Part shown: in pieces, positions 39,366 through 53,367 of the stretch
How the letters are laid out: every line of letters starts with the position of its first letter
Position numbering within the stretch: position 1 is the stretch's first letter
NCBI RefSeq assembly: GCF_009914755.1
Contig: NC_060932.1
Origin: the human T2T-CHM13v2.0 reference genome, Homo sapiens
Length of the DNA: 64,000 nucleotides
Reading direction: 5' to 3' (one strand)
The notes under the pieces: generated by a model
Told to the model about the DNA's origin: nothing
The model's input: the letters and a program-made list of their open reading frames with translations, nothing else
Database searches by the model: none
Program-made: the position numbers and the translations under genes

Positions 39366-40864
39366 GTCAACCCAAGCAAGCTTTTTTAAAAAAAACCTAC
39401 ATACAATATTTTCATAGATCATTTAAACAAAGATTCTTATTCTCTATAATTTAGTCCATTAAGCAAATAAAATATGAAAGAAACATGTAAAAAATACTAT
39501 TAAAAGAAATTGCCTTTCTTCACAAAGCATCTGGAAAAGACCTTGAGTTTGTGTTCTCATGCATTTTTGTAGATGCTCTTATGGAGGAAAACACATTTCT
39601 AATACTCCACTTTTCATAGGGAATCTATTGTTATTGATATGTTATCGCTATGTTTTATTACACCCTTGAGAAACAGGTAATATTGCTTGTATCAGTTTAT
39701 AGCAACACTAAATCATGCATTTCTTGACAAAAATGTAAGAATAAACAATTCCACAAAAATAGTCTTGCCCTTATTTATCTGTTAAAACTCACACCAACAC
39801 TGGAATCCACAAGAAACAAAACACAAACCCATTTTTAAGATCCCTCTGGCAGAGGTAGATATTTATGCATGATTTACATAGTTGAGAAAAACTATTTCTA
39901 AAAATATGTTAAGCTCTCGCTAAATCCCTGACAAAAGCCTCAGTCACTAATGCATACACTAAACGAAATACTGCATGTTTTGGGCTTAGGAATATATTCA
40001 AGGAGCAAATGTGCTTAGAAAAATCAAACATGAAATGCTTGTAGTAATGATCTTTCTGTTAAAAAATAAACAAATCACTCCCCCCACAGAGCCGGGGCTG
40101 TGATGAGAAATAAAATTTGCTAAGATTCTGGAAAAAAAAAATTAATAGAACATAAAGCTGCCACCAAGCCCATCTTAAAACTTTAATTTTATGGAACTCA
40201 GCCTACCAGTCTGCCTTGTTTTCTGTATTCTTCCTAGATACAACAGAACGTATCAAAAAATAAATATCAGAAGCTGTCTGATTTGCTTTTTATCCTAAGC
40301 ATAATGAGCAAACACCAGTGAATGTGTTAACTCTTTCCAGAAGCCCTAGAGAAACATGTTCATCAAAGTTCAAATCTCTGGCAAACATCTTTGCCATGTT
40401 TCTAAAAGGGTCTCCAGAGCTGTAATAACATCAATTTACACGTTGCAAGAGAGAATGACACACTATTAAGAGATTCAAGAATCCTCAGTAATTCAAGATG
40501 GAAACAGGATAAACTACCGACATACAGACTTTAAGAAAATGCATTTTGGAGTAATTTTACTCTTGCTTGAGAATGTCTAGGGTTGCCATCGAATTTCATC
40601 AGATACAAGGCAGTAATTCCAGAGTGCATAGTAGCATTCTCAGGTTTTGTGTGTTTTCCATTAGAGAATATTTACAAGTAGGTCAATCTACTCTAAATTT
40701 CTTAAATGTTTGTAATTATACATTTTTGATTAATTATTTAGTAATCAGTGATTCATAATTAATCAACAATTGTTGCATAATTGATTAACACCCTTTTTGA
40801 GCTTCATCACATTTAAAGGAGAAAGTAATGTACAGTTTTGATGGCAATAACCTTTAAAAAATAA

Positions 40865-41320
<456 letters not shown>

Positions 41321-42200
41321 ATAATAATAGATTAATTATAGCCCAGAATAATGATTTATTCAATGCTTTAATTAGGCAAATAATAAAGCTATATTTTAAT
41401 TAGTATTGATCAAGGGTCTTCATGTGCTGTATACTAGTAGGAGACTTGGTGTATATGGGTGAACACAACAGCAAATCCCAGCTCATGCAGGTGTACCCTG
41501 TGACATAGGTTTCCAGTATTTTTGTCCTAACATTGAGATCATTGATAAGGAAATGTTCTAAAATTTCAAAATCTATATTAATTTTAGCTTACTGTAATAA
41601 GGTACCCCAAAATTATAATACTGCGGACTCTTAATCATTTGTTAGATACTATTAGCTCATATTTCACTGATAAAAACTATATAATCACAAAACTACGTAT
41701 TTGGTTGAATAAACATTTTGCATTATGACTGTTTATTATAGAGACTGATGGATCCTCATATTTCATAAATCATTTTCCGTTTTTTAAATTTATTAATTAT
41801 ATAGAATTAGTTTAAATTTCCTTCTGAATTATGACTTGACTGGAGGAAATTAGGTAGTATCCCGCTGGGTGACCTAAATTTGAAATGACAGTTCTGACTC
41901 AATCAATGACATCTAGGTCAATATCAGGAAGAGTTGGAACGTGTAATAATGAATGTCTCCAGATCAATAGATTTGAACATGTTAGAACAAAGTTTTGTGG
42001 TTTCATCAAATGATTATTTGATGAAACCACAATTAACAATTTATTTGAATTGGCTTCAAACCAATCTGCATTTGTGTCCTTCCCTGCTCAGCCTTCTGAG
42101 TTAGGCAAAAGGTATGACATCACAGTCCCACTGTGGACAGAGCCAGCTTGTGGACACGTAGCCATGTGGGGCTACTGTACTGCAATATATTAAGAAAGGA

Positions 42201-42531
<331 letters not shown>

Positions 42532-42961
42532 TTAAAAGGAGTTTATATAATAAACACATTTTACAGATATTAGTAATTTATCTTATAAATTATTCAAGTA
42601 ATGAATGCCTAAATGTTGGCTCCCAAGAAGGGCTGTGGTTGTTTTAAAGAGTGGGACTGCTTTGTGTGAATTGGTTATGATCTCATCTAGGCTTTCTAGA
42701 AAGTAGATTTTAAACCAGATCTGGAAAGTGGATTAATATTTGAAAACGGAAAAATGAGAAAGGCATTCCAGAAATGAAAAGTACAAAAATGTCACGCTAT
42801 TAAGGAAAGCAGGTGCAGAGGCTTACCAGGTGCACAGATAAACACAGCAGGACTGGGTTTAGGGAGCAGAACTGGGCAGAATGTGAGGAAGGCTGATCAC
42901 AGAGCATCAGACTTCAAGTTTGTCTGAGGCTTTGCATGCTTTGGCTCAGGTTGGTCACTAA

Positions 42962-43315
<354 letters not shown>

Positions 43316-43337
43316 AAATCACGGTTTCTTTCTCATT

Positions 43338-43460
43338 TTCATTCAACACAGATTTTAATCAAGAGCCTTCTGAGTGTCAAGCACAGTCGAGGAACCAGGC
43401 GAACCATGTGAACACCTGTTCCCGACCGTATGGCTCTACAATTCCCACTGGTGAAAGCTC
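43338..43460 (-). mobile_element. L2 3' end fragment
   Basis: TTCATTCAACACAGATTTTAATCAAGAGCCTTCTGAGTGTCAAGCACAG resembles antisense L2 3' terminus. Confidence 0.5.
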
Positions 43461-43859
43461 ATCAGAAAGCAGGACTTAAACTTCTACAAAGAAGTGATTT
43501 CCAGATGCAAAAATCAATCAACTAGGAGGCTGTTGCAGGACTCATCTAGGACTGAGGATGGGGATGAAGGAACAGGAAAAGATGGGAGAGATGTCACAGA
43601 GCCAGAACTGAGAGACTTGGCAATTAATGGTATACAGGAAGCAAGTTATATGGGGGTCTCAGAAACAGTCACATGCCCTCTGAGGTTTGGAGCATAACAA
43701 TCACTCCCATCTACTGCCAGAAAGGGAATTGCATTGAAGGACAGCTACCATTTAACAGTAAAGAAAACTGCACCAAACACAGATAAGAGCAGAGGGCTCA
43801 GAGGCTCCTGGCAGGGAAATGCGTGTTAAGATTTATAGACATATATGAAGAACTAGACC

Positions 43860-44002
43860 ATGTATATACAACTTTATTATGTGTATATACATGCCTCCAT
43901 GTATCTGTATATAAATACATATCATAATATTTACATAAATACACACACATGTATACACACTATACCCATGTATAAATATTACTGTGCTCCTATATGTATA
44001 TG
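43860..44002. repeat. TA/CA-rich low-complexity region
   Basis: Seen directly. Confidence 0.7.
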
Positions 44003-45564
44003 ATTTTAACCTAGATTTGCAGTTAGTGAAAAAATATGAAGATTTTCCCACTAATATGTGTGCCAGGCCTGCCCAATCAAGCTATACATTAAGGTGGCTA
44101 TTATTTTCTTCAAGCTCACATTTTTAATATGCTAAGATAAAACATCTATAACAAATTAAAAAAATGAGGCCTGCTTGGCAACCTACGTCAAGTCTCTGGC
44201 ACAGCACAGCAAGTGTTTTCATAGAAGTAGGAGCAAGACGCACCTTCTCTAGGGAGGAGGCCCAAAGGGCACGTCCAATGATCCAGTTCTTATTCCAGCC
44301 ACAGGCAAAAGGCCAAGACACTACTGCATGGTTTCCTTTTCAAAGTAAAATTATAATTTCCCACATTTTGACTTTGCTCATGCAATCAAAATACAATTTC
44401 TGAATCAAAGGAAACAATTTAATCACATGCATAAAATCAATGGGATTACAGGGCAGTTGTATCAAAAGATAATGCTATCACAATCAATACTTTAAATTGC
44501 ATAATTTTGTTTGTAGTCGAATTAATATAATGCAGCTATCACGCTGAGTAGGTACTCTCAATGTGATTAGAAATACACCATCATGAGTGATATATACGTG
44601 CAGGGAGCTTGTAACTACAGGATCATTTGGTGAAAATTGAAAATAGTTAATGATATGACAGAGTTTCAGCAAAGAACATTAGAACAATCAGCAACAAATA
44701 TTATCTGCTCAAACATTATATTTTAATCTGTCTACCCTAGCATTAGGTACAGTTAAAAAGTTAAATTTCACATTGAGGTATTATGCATCATTATAATAAG
44801 GTTCAGTCAGCGTCACAGTGACCAGCACTTTTTATATATGAATTGCAAGGTAACCAACTCAGGAGGATGCATTGAACTGAACACATGTAATACAGAACTA
44901 AAAGTCGGGAAGCCTACTCGTAAAATTGCATAATTTATGTGACAAATGAGATTTATATATTCTCAATATATCATATCACCATGAGTTCTCCTGAGCAAAT
45001 GTTTTAAAATGTATAGCAATAGAAAAATCATTCTTTGTAACGATTTTCTCGTAGGTCACCCCGATTTAGTCTAGAAAAGCTCGATGAAATTGACCAAAGC
45101 TAGATTACAAAAGTATAAATTTGAGCATTGCCTGCCACAGTTTAATGTTCCTTCAATAAGTGCCATGGAAAGCTCCCCTTGAACAATATAACATCGTTTT
45201 CTTTTCTTAACATTCTGATTACAAGAGAGCTCAGTAAATCCAAACTTAAATTCAACCTCAGCAACAATTTTGATTTAGTTTAGCATACATTAAATACATA
45301 CGTATTAAGAATAATATTATATAGGCATGAATCCAGAGACACACACACATGTGCACATATATTTCCCTGATAAATCATGTGTCAGGCCACTTGTCACACC
45401 CTTGAGGGAAAGTGCCAGTAAAAGGAAATAATATCTTTAGAGAAAGGGCAAAGGTATGAATAAATTAATAAACATTTAGATGAAAAAACAATCATCATGT
45501 AGCACAGAAAGTGCAAATGCAAACATAACTCATAGTCTGATTATAATAGCTACACATCGCTTGG

Positions 45565-45730
45565 TACTTTGTAAAACAAAAGTATTTTCATTTCATTAGA
45601 GACTCACCATGGAATTATGCATTATCATTTTTCCCACTTCACAGATAAGAAAAGTTAAACTGTTTACTTAAGAAAGTTCAGTTTAAGTGGTGAGAACAAG
45701 GTTTGGAAATGGGTTTCTGATTCCAAGACC
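45565..45730 (-). mobile_element. MIR SINE
   Basis: ATTATCATTTTTCCCACTTCACAGATAAGAAAA...TAAGTGGTGAGAACAAGGTTTGGA...TCTGATTCCAAGACC. Confidence 0.6.
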
Positions 45731-48700
45731 TGTAATTTATATTAAAACTGTGACTTGATTTCTTCATTTGCAAAATGAAAAAAAATATTAGCTATGTTTC
45801 ATGGCTGGTGAGGAATAAATGGCTTGGAAGACACAGAATACCTGGAAGAGCAGCTCAGCAACAACAGCACTTGCATGTCACTTGCTGCTATTCTATCGAA
45901 AAGCAACAGCAGCAGGCAGCTCATGCATCCTTCTGCTCTACTGGTGTCCTTCCACTCTCAAGGAACACACATTCAATTTTTTTGACAGAAGAAATAATAA
46001 TAACAATTATTACAATATTAACTAGTATTTGGCATTTTACAATTAACAAAAACAAAACCTCATCATTAAAAACTTGTTCATATGATTTACCAATTGTATT
46101 AGACAACATAGCTCATATTCACATAGGGAATATGTGTCCATTTACTTGACATGGAAATAGGCCTCTCAAATTTGTTTCATTTTATGTCATTCTGCAAGCT
46201 TCATAGAGCAAATAAAATTTCCCAACTGACTTATAGAAATATTATTGCCAAATTGACATCCAACATAATACATATATGCTATATAGGACCCTATATTAAT
46301 TCTGATTTTATTTTCCCTTGTGTTAGAATCTCAAATTTTGATGACTGTCTCATAAGTAAAATGTGTGTATCTTGTTAAGCATTTTCAAATTTTCTCCTTT
46401 TAAGATTGGAATATCAAATACTCCATCAACAAATATCATCTGTTGTCACCCCTGTCTCAGTCTTTTGTAAATTCTGTCCCAGTGTTTCTACAGAGTTCTT
46501 ACAGATAAAACCATTGAACGGAAAATGCTCATGTAGAGAGGGACCTGGCTGCTTTTCCATGAAACAGGAGTCAATGCTAAGGGTGGGGCTGTTTGGGTGT
46601 GGAGGTTCCATTCCTCCAACCAGAAGAGCAAACGAGTGTAGGGAACCCTTCTCTAAGGGAAGAACTATCTGCCCTGTGGACTTTGGGGGTGGGGAGAACC
46701 ATTTATGTTATCATAAGTAATTTTTGAAATATCTACTTATCAATCAACTAATTGGTTTTATTGTAATTGGTAAACCTATGTAATTGTTCTATTCATCAAC
46801 ATGTAGGTCTCCAATTCCATGCTTCTCTTCCTGAACCACAGCAGTCTATCCACCTGCCTTGTACCTCTGGTCCAAGAAAGCCACCTAAGGCAAATCTGAG
46901 CTGGGACAGAGGCTAGAATTCTTGCACCACCTCTCTGTGAAGGGAGAGCTACTCAACAAGCTGCATTTAGGCAGCATCCTCTCTTGGCCTGGACAGAGAA
47001 TGATATGCATTATTGAATTGTAGCGGTGACCCGACTTCACAAAAAATAAACACTACAGACTGCCAGGAACACAGGGCTGGGCACAGTTAGTGCGCCATAG
47101 AAGCCTGAGTATTCAGAAGCATTATAAAAAGGTAAGAATGACTCATATGCACTTCTATGATTTTTAAGCATTTTAATAGAGCTTGCTTGGCAATTAAAAT
47201 ATACACGAGAGCAAGATTAAATAGTAGCCATTTCTGCACTGGTTTTCCTGTCAATGTTAACAAAAAGCCTACCAAAGAGCCATAAGGAAATGGCCAACCT
47301 CCTCTCAGAAAGACAGAAGAATAATAAGGGAATGATCCAAGTGAAGAAAAAAAGTGAGCAAAGAAATGCGTGAAAACAAACGGGATAGCTTTCTGAAATC
47401 ACTGAAGTAATTTTGAGTTGAAAAATTCAGAATGATTCAAGCCTGTGCTTTGCCATCATTCAAATGGCTGTATCATTTCCTTAACAAGGCTGCATAGCTC
47501 ATGGACTAATAAGGATCTAACTTTGCATTCAGGCATAAAGACATTTATTCCTGTTTTTCCCACCTTATTAATATGAAACAAGACAATAAGATGAAGACAG
47601 TAACTGTAATACTTGTTGCAAGCTAAATACTAATGCAAGAATAATTATTGTTACTACTTTTATATGGAGGTGATTTGAGATTTTTCTCTTAACTTGCAGA
47701 TGTGTATATCTTCATGTTGCTTCCATCTTTCCTCAAGCTTTACTTTCGTAGTGCTCAAAAATGGTAAGAGACACAATCTGCACGTAGTCATTAGAATGTC
47801 TCAGATCGCACGGCTTAGATTGCTCCACACCAAGAAGAACAATGTGGAGGGGAAAGAGATCTTCCTTAAGTGTAAAAAGATACCAGATTGATACTTAAGA
47901 TCTCGGTTGTATCAGGCAAGACGCCGAAACTTCTCTGAGTCACAGATCCTCTCTTCTCTGTAATCACGTCACTGTGACATTCAGGTCACGTCATGGAAGG
48001 AAAAACATTCTTACAATTATAAAGGATTATTACGCAGACTCCAGTTCAAATTGAGGCAAATATGAATAGGCTGGGAACATGTGCCAGTATAATCCAATCC
48101 ATTTAAGAATCCGTTAGTCAGAGAAACTTTATCCAAATAGTTAAATAGCTCCAAAGAGGTGCGTTTATCCCCATAAAGCAAACCTAGATTTTTCTTCTTC
48201 AGTGTTTTGATAGAAAATTAAGGTAAAAATCTCATACTACGCAGTAAGACAGTACAGGGAACGCACTTTTCTCATATTTCATGCACATTCTTCATGAATT
48301 ATGAAATATCTTACAGTACAACACAAAGAAAACTTAAAGCATCATTGAAATCCCCTAGTAATCAGGGCTCTTCCTACAGAGTCTCATGCAGCCCTTCATA
48401 TTCAGAAAAATAGGGAAGTTTACTTCACCTAATGGGAATTTTGAAAGGAAATGATGACTCTGATTCCTTTGAAGAAAGAGCCCTATTCATTTTGGTTGAA
48501 TTCCAAGCAAAATGGATGTTCTTGTGTTATAAGTGATGTTACCTTTCCTAACACTATATTGATGTTACAACTCTCTAGCAATTGGGTACGTGTAACTAAA
48601 TAAAAGCCAACAAACTCAGATCAGAAAAGCTGAGCCTGTCCCCACTGCCTCCACACGCTTCTGCTCTAGCCCAGCTGTAAAATGTGTGTAATCACATTTG

Positions 48701-49351
48701 CTTGCCTGCTTCAGGTATTTTTAAATAATCTAATGGAATAAAGCTTCTCAGAGAATACTATGTAAAATAAAGTTCCTCTGTAATGCAATGACTTCTGATG
48801 TCATCACTACTATGGGAATTATTACATTCCCTCTTTCCGTTTTCTATTCTCTTCCTTTCTTTTCGGGTTCAGTAAAAAAATTACCAGAACATTCACATGC
48901 TTCCTATCTTCCCTTTTTGAAAGTTAAATGTTATAAGCCTCTGAATTTACTTCTGTGACTGTGCATTCCAGCAAAGTAAAATAAAATTGTGTGTGATTCG
49001 TGGGGGTTTGCAACTTATTTTCACCGTACCACTTGCTAACTAGAGGATCCGATTATGGGTCTTGCTGTCTTAGGACACCAGATACCACTGAAGCCTTGCC
49101 CACTGCAGGTTACTGAAATCTAGGTTTATGTTTAGAGAGGACAAAAATGTGTTCATTGCTTTATTTGACCTCAACTGGCCTAGTTTGATGATTTTTTTAA
49201 AAAGATAATCTATATGCCTTTAAGAGGATTCCAAAAAATGTAAACTGTCAGTTTACGTGGATTGTAACCCGATGGAGATGTTTCTCATTTACCTGGGCCA
49301 CAGGATAACTAGGCAGTTATCCCACCTGTGACTTAAACTATGTGCAGGAAA

Positions 49352-49408
49352 AATTTTTACATTTTTATATTTTTAGCAATTTTTAGCAATTTTTACATTT
49401 TTAGCAAT
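49352..49408. repeat. Short tandem array (TTTTAGCAAT / TTTTTACA units)
   Basis: AATTTTTACATTTTTATATTTTTAGCAATTTTTAGCAATTTTTACATTTTTAGCAAT. Confidence 0.8.
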
Positions 49409-50747
49409 TCATAGAAAACAAAAAAAGATACTTGAGATACTTTGTTCACAGTATTTATTTAAAATATAATTAGCCATATACAATGTTGTCTCTCCTATAT
49501 GTAAGCTTTCATAAGAATGATTCACTATTTTTATATATAATACTGTTTTTAACCTCTGGGTATGGCAATCAAATCTTTTTAGAAAATATTTCTTGGTTTG
49601 ATGAAACCATATGTATTTTGTCCCTTCTGTAATTTTCTCCGTCAGATTGTCTTTTTCATAATATCTTATGTTAATGTGAGAAGTGCACTGTGTACTTTCT
49701 GTGACTAATATTTTGTTTTGATAATTTATTCGGACTTTGCCTCTGATGATCCCATCTTGCAACCATTTGGGAAATCCAGTAATTATTTGTATTTCACAAT
49801 TTGCAGTTCTCATTCCATCACTGTGTCTGTGAAATGCATTTTTGCCACTCTGTCCACTAAATTTATTTTAAGTGATGTCTTGATACAGCATGAATATACT
49901 GGTGTCAAACTGAAGCTACTGGATGCTTTATGCAGCAATCGTCACAACTGCTGGTTCCTGTCAGATCTGTTTAAGCCTAGGTTCTTATTAGGTTTAATCC
50001 AAATGTCTAAACTCTTTAATTGCCTAATTCTTATGCTTGTGTTTTCCAATGTTGAAACTCTTGGAATTAAAAACAATTAATTATTTTTTCCAGATTTTAG
50101 TTCTGTGATGACTTAGTTTTTAAAATGTATTACAATTACAATTACACTCTACAAGTATGACTTTGAAAAAAAATCAAAGTAGTTCATTAACTTTTCTTAC
50201 TTTTCAGCTACATAACCTTAGTTTCCTCACTCACTGGTAAAATGGGGTACTTAGGGCAACCGAGGATTCCATAGAATAATGCATATAAACTCACTTGCAA
50301 TGTACCTCATCTATACTGAAGGCTCACTTAGTCCAAGCCCTCGTAGTATATGAGCCCAGTACACACAGCAAAGATGGGCATTTGCCCACTCAAACATACA
50401 TCGACCCCCTACTACACATAGCCTTTAGAAAGAATAGCAATAATCACAACACTGACATATAAACAAGTAATTCTCTATGGTGAGAATTAATATAATGCAA
50501 TACAGATACTACAGAAGTGAAATGAGTTGAAAAACTTAGCCAGTGTGGTGGTGGTGGCAGTGTGTGCACAAGTGTCTCATGGAGTGGTGAGTAGGGGAGA
50601 AAAAGAAAGCTCACAGAGATTGAAGATAAATGAGGCTTGAGAGAATAAAAGGAAGGCTTAATATTGAACTTTGAGAGAGAAATACTCTTAACAAGAGAAG
50701 AAAGAGGAAAGAGCATTCTAACCAGAGAATATAGCACAAATCTAAGT

Positions 50748-50912
50748 GCACACATACACACCCACGCATGGACACACACATATACAATCATGGACACACA
50801 CATACATGCACACACAAACATCCATGCACCCACACATGCACACATACTTGCACATACACAAATAAATATCCACACACACACACACACACACACACACTCT
50901 CCCTCTCACACG
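50748..50912. repeat. Degenerate (CA)n region ending in pure (CA)n
   Basis: Seen directly. Confidence 0.92.
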
Positions 50913-51972
50913 TACATGTAAGGAAATGGGGAAAAACAATTGATGCCTATATATATTTTTGGACAAAGTAGTTTAATTCATTCTCTACCTATAACATGTA
51001 ATGTTATAGATTAGCCAAGAAAGAGGGCTAGAGATCTCAACAAGAAAATACATGAAATACACAAGTTTTTCTTGGGTACGTATCAATTGAAATAATACTT
51101 TGTGTTATTTGGTTGGGAGGTAGATAGTGGATGAAAGTCTGAATGATATGCAGAGTTTTAATTTAATGTGAAAAGTGATTAAGTCCCTGAGACCTCTAAG
51201 CTAACATGTGGTTCCGGGTAGAAAAATTGTATAATTAAAGAAGACTATTTTTCTTGTTTAAAGAAATAGAATGGTTTTTAAACAGAGTAGTCCCAATTAA
51301 AATATTTTGGGAATACAAGAAAGTTCTATTAATAATTACACCACGGAAACAGTCTCAAACAAGACAGTCTTTCAATTTCAAAGGAATTAGTTGATGAGGT
51401 CTGTGTATGTGTGTGCGAACACACCCAACAGAAGGAATCTCATAACGAAAGTGACAATTTTTGCGTACACATTTCTATCCACTGAAATAACTGCTGACAT
51501 CATGGAATTACTTGGAATAACACTGCTGGAACTTGTCACTCAAAGACAAAAGCTAACAAGAGTAATAATTAGTATTTTAATGTACTCGGAGGAAATGACC
51601 AGGTATATAGCCTATATTTAAGAAACAATCTGTATCTCCAAGTGAAATGTCATTGTAATAGAACGTGGCCACAGGGTAATGGGCTGTTACTGCTACACAA
51701 ATGCTAACGTAAAGCCAAGACATTTCTCGGGAATCAAAGTAGAAGCAATCAAAGAATCTCTTTGGAAAGTGAGCGAACCTGAATGCACTGCCATGTTTAT
51801 GACACTTAGGTTTTTATCCTTTTTGAAGTCAAGCTTCTCTGCAGTTTATTCTCTCCCATTTTAAATATTGCATACATTTATAACTTGATGAACAACACAA
51901 ATCAAGGTAATTTTAGATTTCAACATTTTCTACCTGAAAAAGTGGGATAAATGTGACTTATCTGACATTTTT

Positions 51973-52373
51973 GAAGAGATGTAATCAATATTCAAAATAC
52001 TGCACGTTTAATAGACATACTTGGAGGCATTTGAAATATGCATACACCCATGACACAATCACCCCACTCAAGGATATAAACAACTATTAGCTGTCAGTGT
52101 TTTATCCTGCACAGATATTTTCTTGTGTGCGGTAAGAACACTGACCTTGAGATTTATTCGCTTCACCAGTTATTCAGCATATAATGCAGTGATGGTGACT
52201 CTAGGCACAGTGTAGACCAGCAGTTTTCTAGAACTTACTCAGTTTGCATGACTGAAACTTTATACCTCTTGAAAGATCGCCCGATTTTTCCTTCCCCTGG
52301 CCCCTGGTAAACACAATTCTACTCTCTGCTTATATGTGTGTGGCTGTCTTAGATACTTCATACAAGTGGGATC
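51973..52373 (-). mobile_element. L1MA9/10-L1MB-like 3' end (non-inverted part of a twin-primed L1)
   Basis: GTGCGGTAAGAACAC...CTAGAACTTACTCAG...ACTGAAACTTTATACC...CCCCTGGTAAACACAATTCTACTCTCTG...TCATACAAGTGGGATC. Confidence 0.85.
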
Positions 52374-53233
52374 GAAAAGAAAAGAAAAAGAGACATGTGA
52401 GACTCCCTCAAACTAAAAAGCTTCTGCACAGCAAAGAAAACAATCAATCCAGTGAAAAGGCAACCTACAGAATGGGAGAAAAGATTTGCAAACCATTTAT
52501 CTGGTAAGGGGTTAATATCTGAGATATAGAGATATACATGAAGCTTCTACAAATCAAATGCAAAAAAAAAAGAAAAAAAAAAGAAATCCCACAATCCAAT
52601 TAAGAAATGGGCAAAAGACACTTCTCTGAAGAGATACAATTGTCCAATAAGCACATGAAAAGGTGCTGAACATCACTGCGAACCAAGAAAATGCAGATCA
52701 AAAAACAGGCAGCTATCAGCTATCACCTTACATCTTTGAGGATGACTAATTTTTTTTTAAAAAAAGAACAAGTGTTGGGGAGGATGTGGAGAAATTAGAA
52801 CCCTTTTTCACTGTCCATTGAACATGAAACAGCACAGCCATTGTGGAAAACAATATGGAGTTTCCTCAAAAAATTAAAAATTGAATTACCACATGATTCA
52901 GAAATGTCAGTTCTCGGTATATATCCAACAGAATTCAAATCAGGATCTTGTAGAGACATGAGTACCCCAGTGTTCATTGTTGCCTTATTCACAATTGTCA
53001 AGACATGAAAGCAACCTAAATATCCATTGACAGATGAACATATAAAGAAAATGTGACATATACACACATACGTATATGTATGTGTGTATATATGTGTGTG
53101 TGTGTATATATACATATAATACATATATAATTACAGCTTTTTCCACTTTTTAAAAGACGCAATCCTGCATATGCAACAGCATGGATGAGCCTGGAGGGCA
53201 TTGCGCTAACTGAAATAAGCTAGTCACAGAAGC
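52374..53233 (+). mobile_element. L1 ORF2 end/3'UTR (inverted part of the same L1)
   Basis: AAACTAAAAAGCTTCTGCACAGCAAAGAAAACAATC...CAACCTACAGAATGGGAGAAAAGATTTGCAAACCAT...CATGGATGAGCCTGGAGGGCATTGCGCTAACTGAAATAAGCTAGTCACAGAAG. Confidence 0.92.
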
Positions 53234-53269
53234 AGGGATATTTTTAGTTTCTTTGATTTTGCTTTATGT

Positions 53270-53367
53270 TGTTTTTATTTATTTATACAAATTCATGGGG
53301 TACATGAAAATTTTGTTACGTGTCTATAATGCGTAGTGACCAAGTTAGCGTAGTTGGGATGTCCACC
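53270..53367 (-). mobile_element. Short L1 (L1MA/PB) extreme 3' end
   Basis: TATACAAATTCATGGGGTACATGAAAATTTTGTTACGTGTCTATAATGCGTAGTGACCAAGT. Confidence 0.7.

Noticed and set aside
50444-50971. Cys/Val- and His/Thr-rich ORFs up to 149 aa
   Set aside because: Stop-free translation of a (CA)n region
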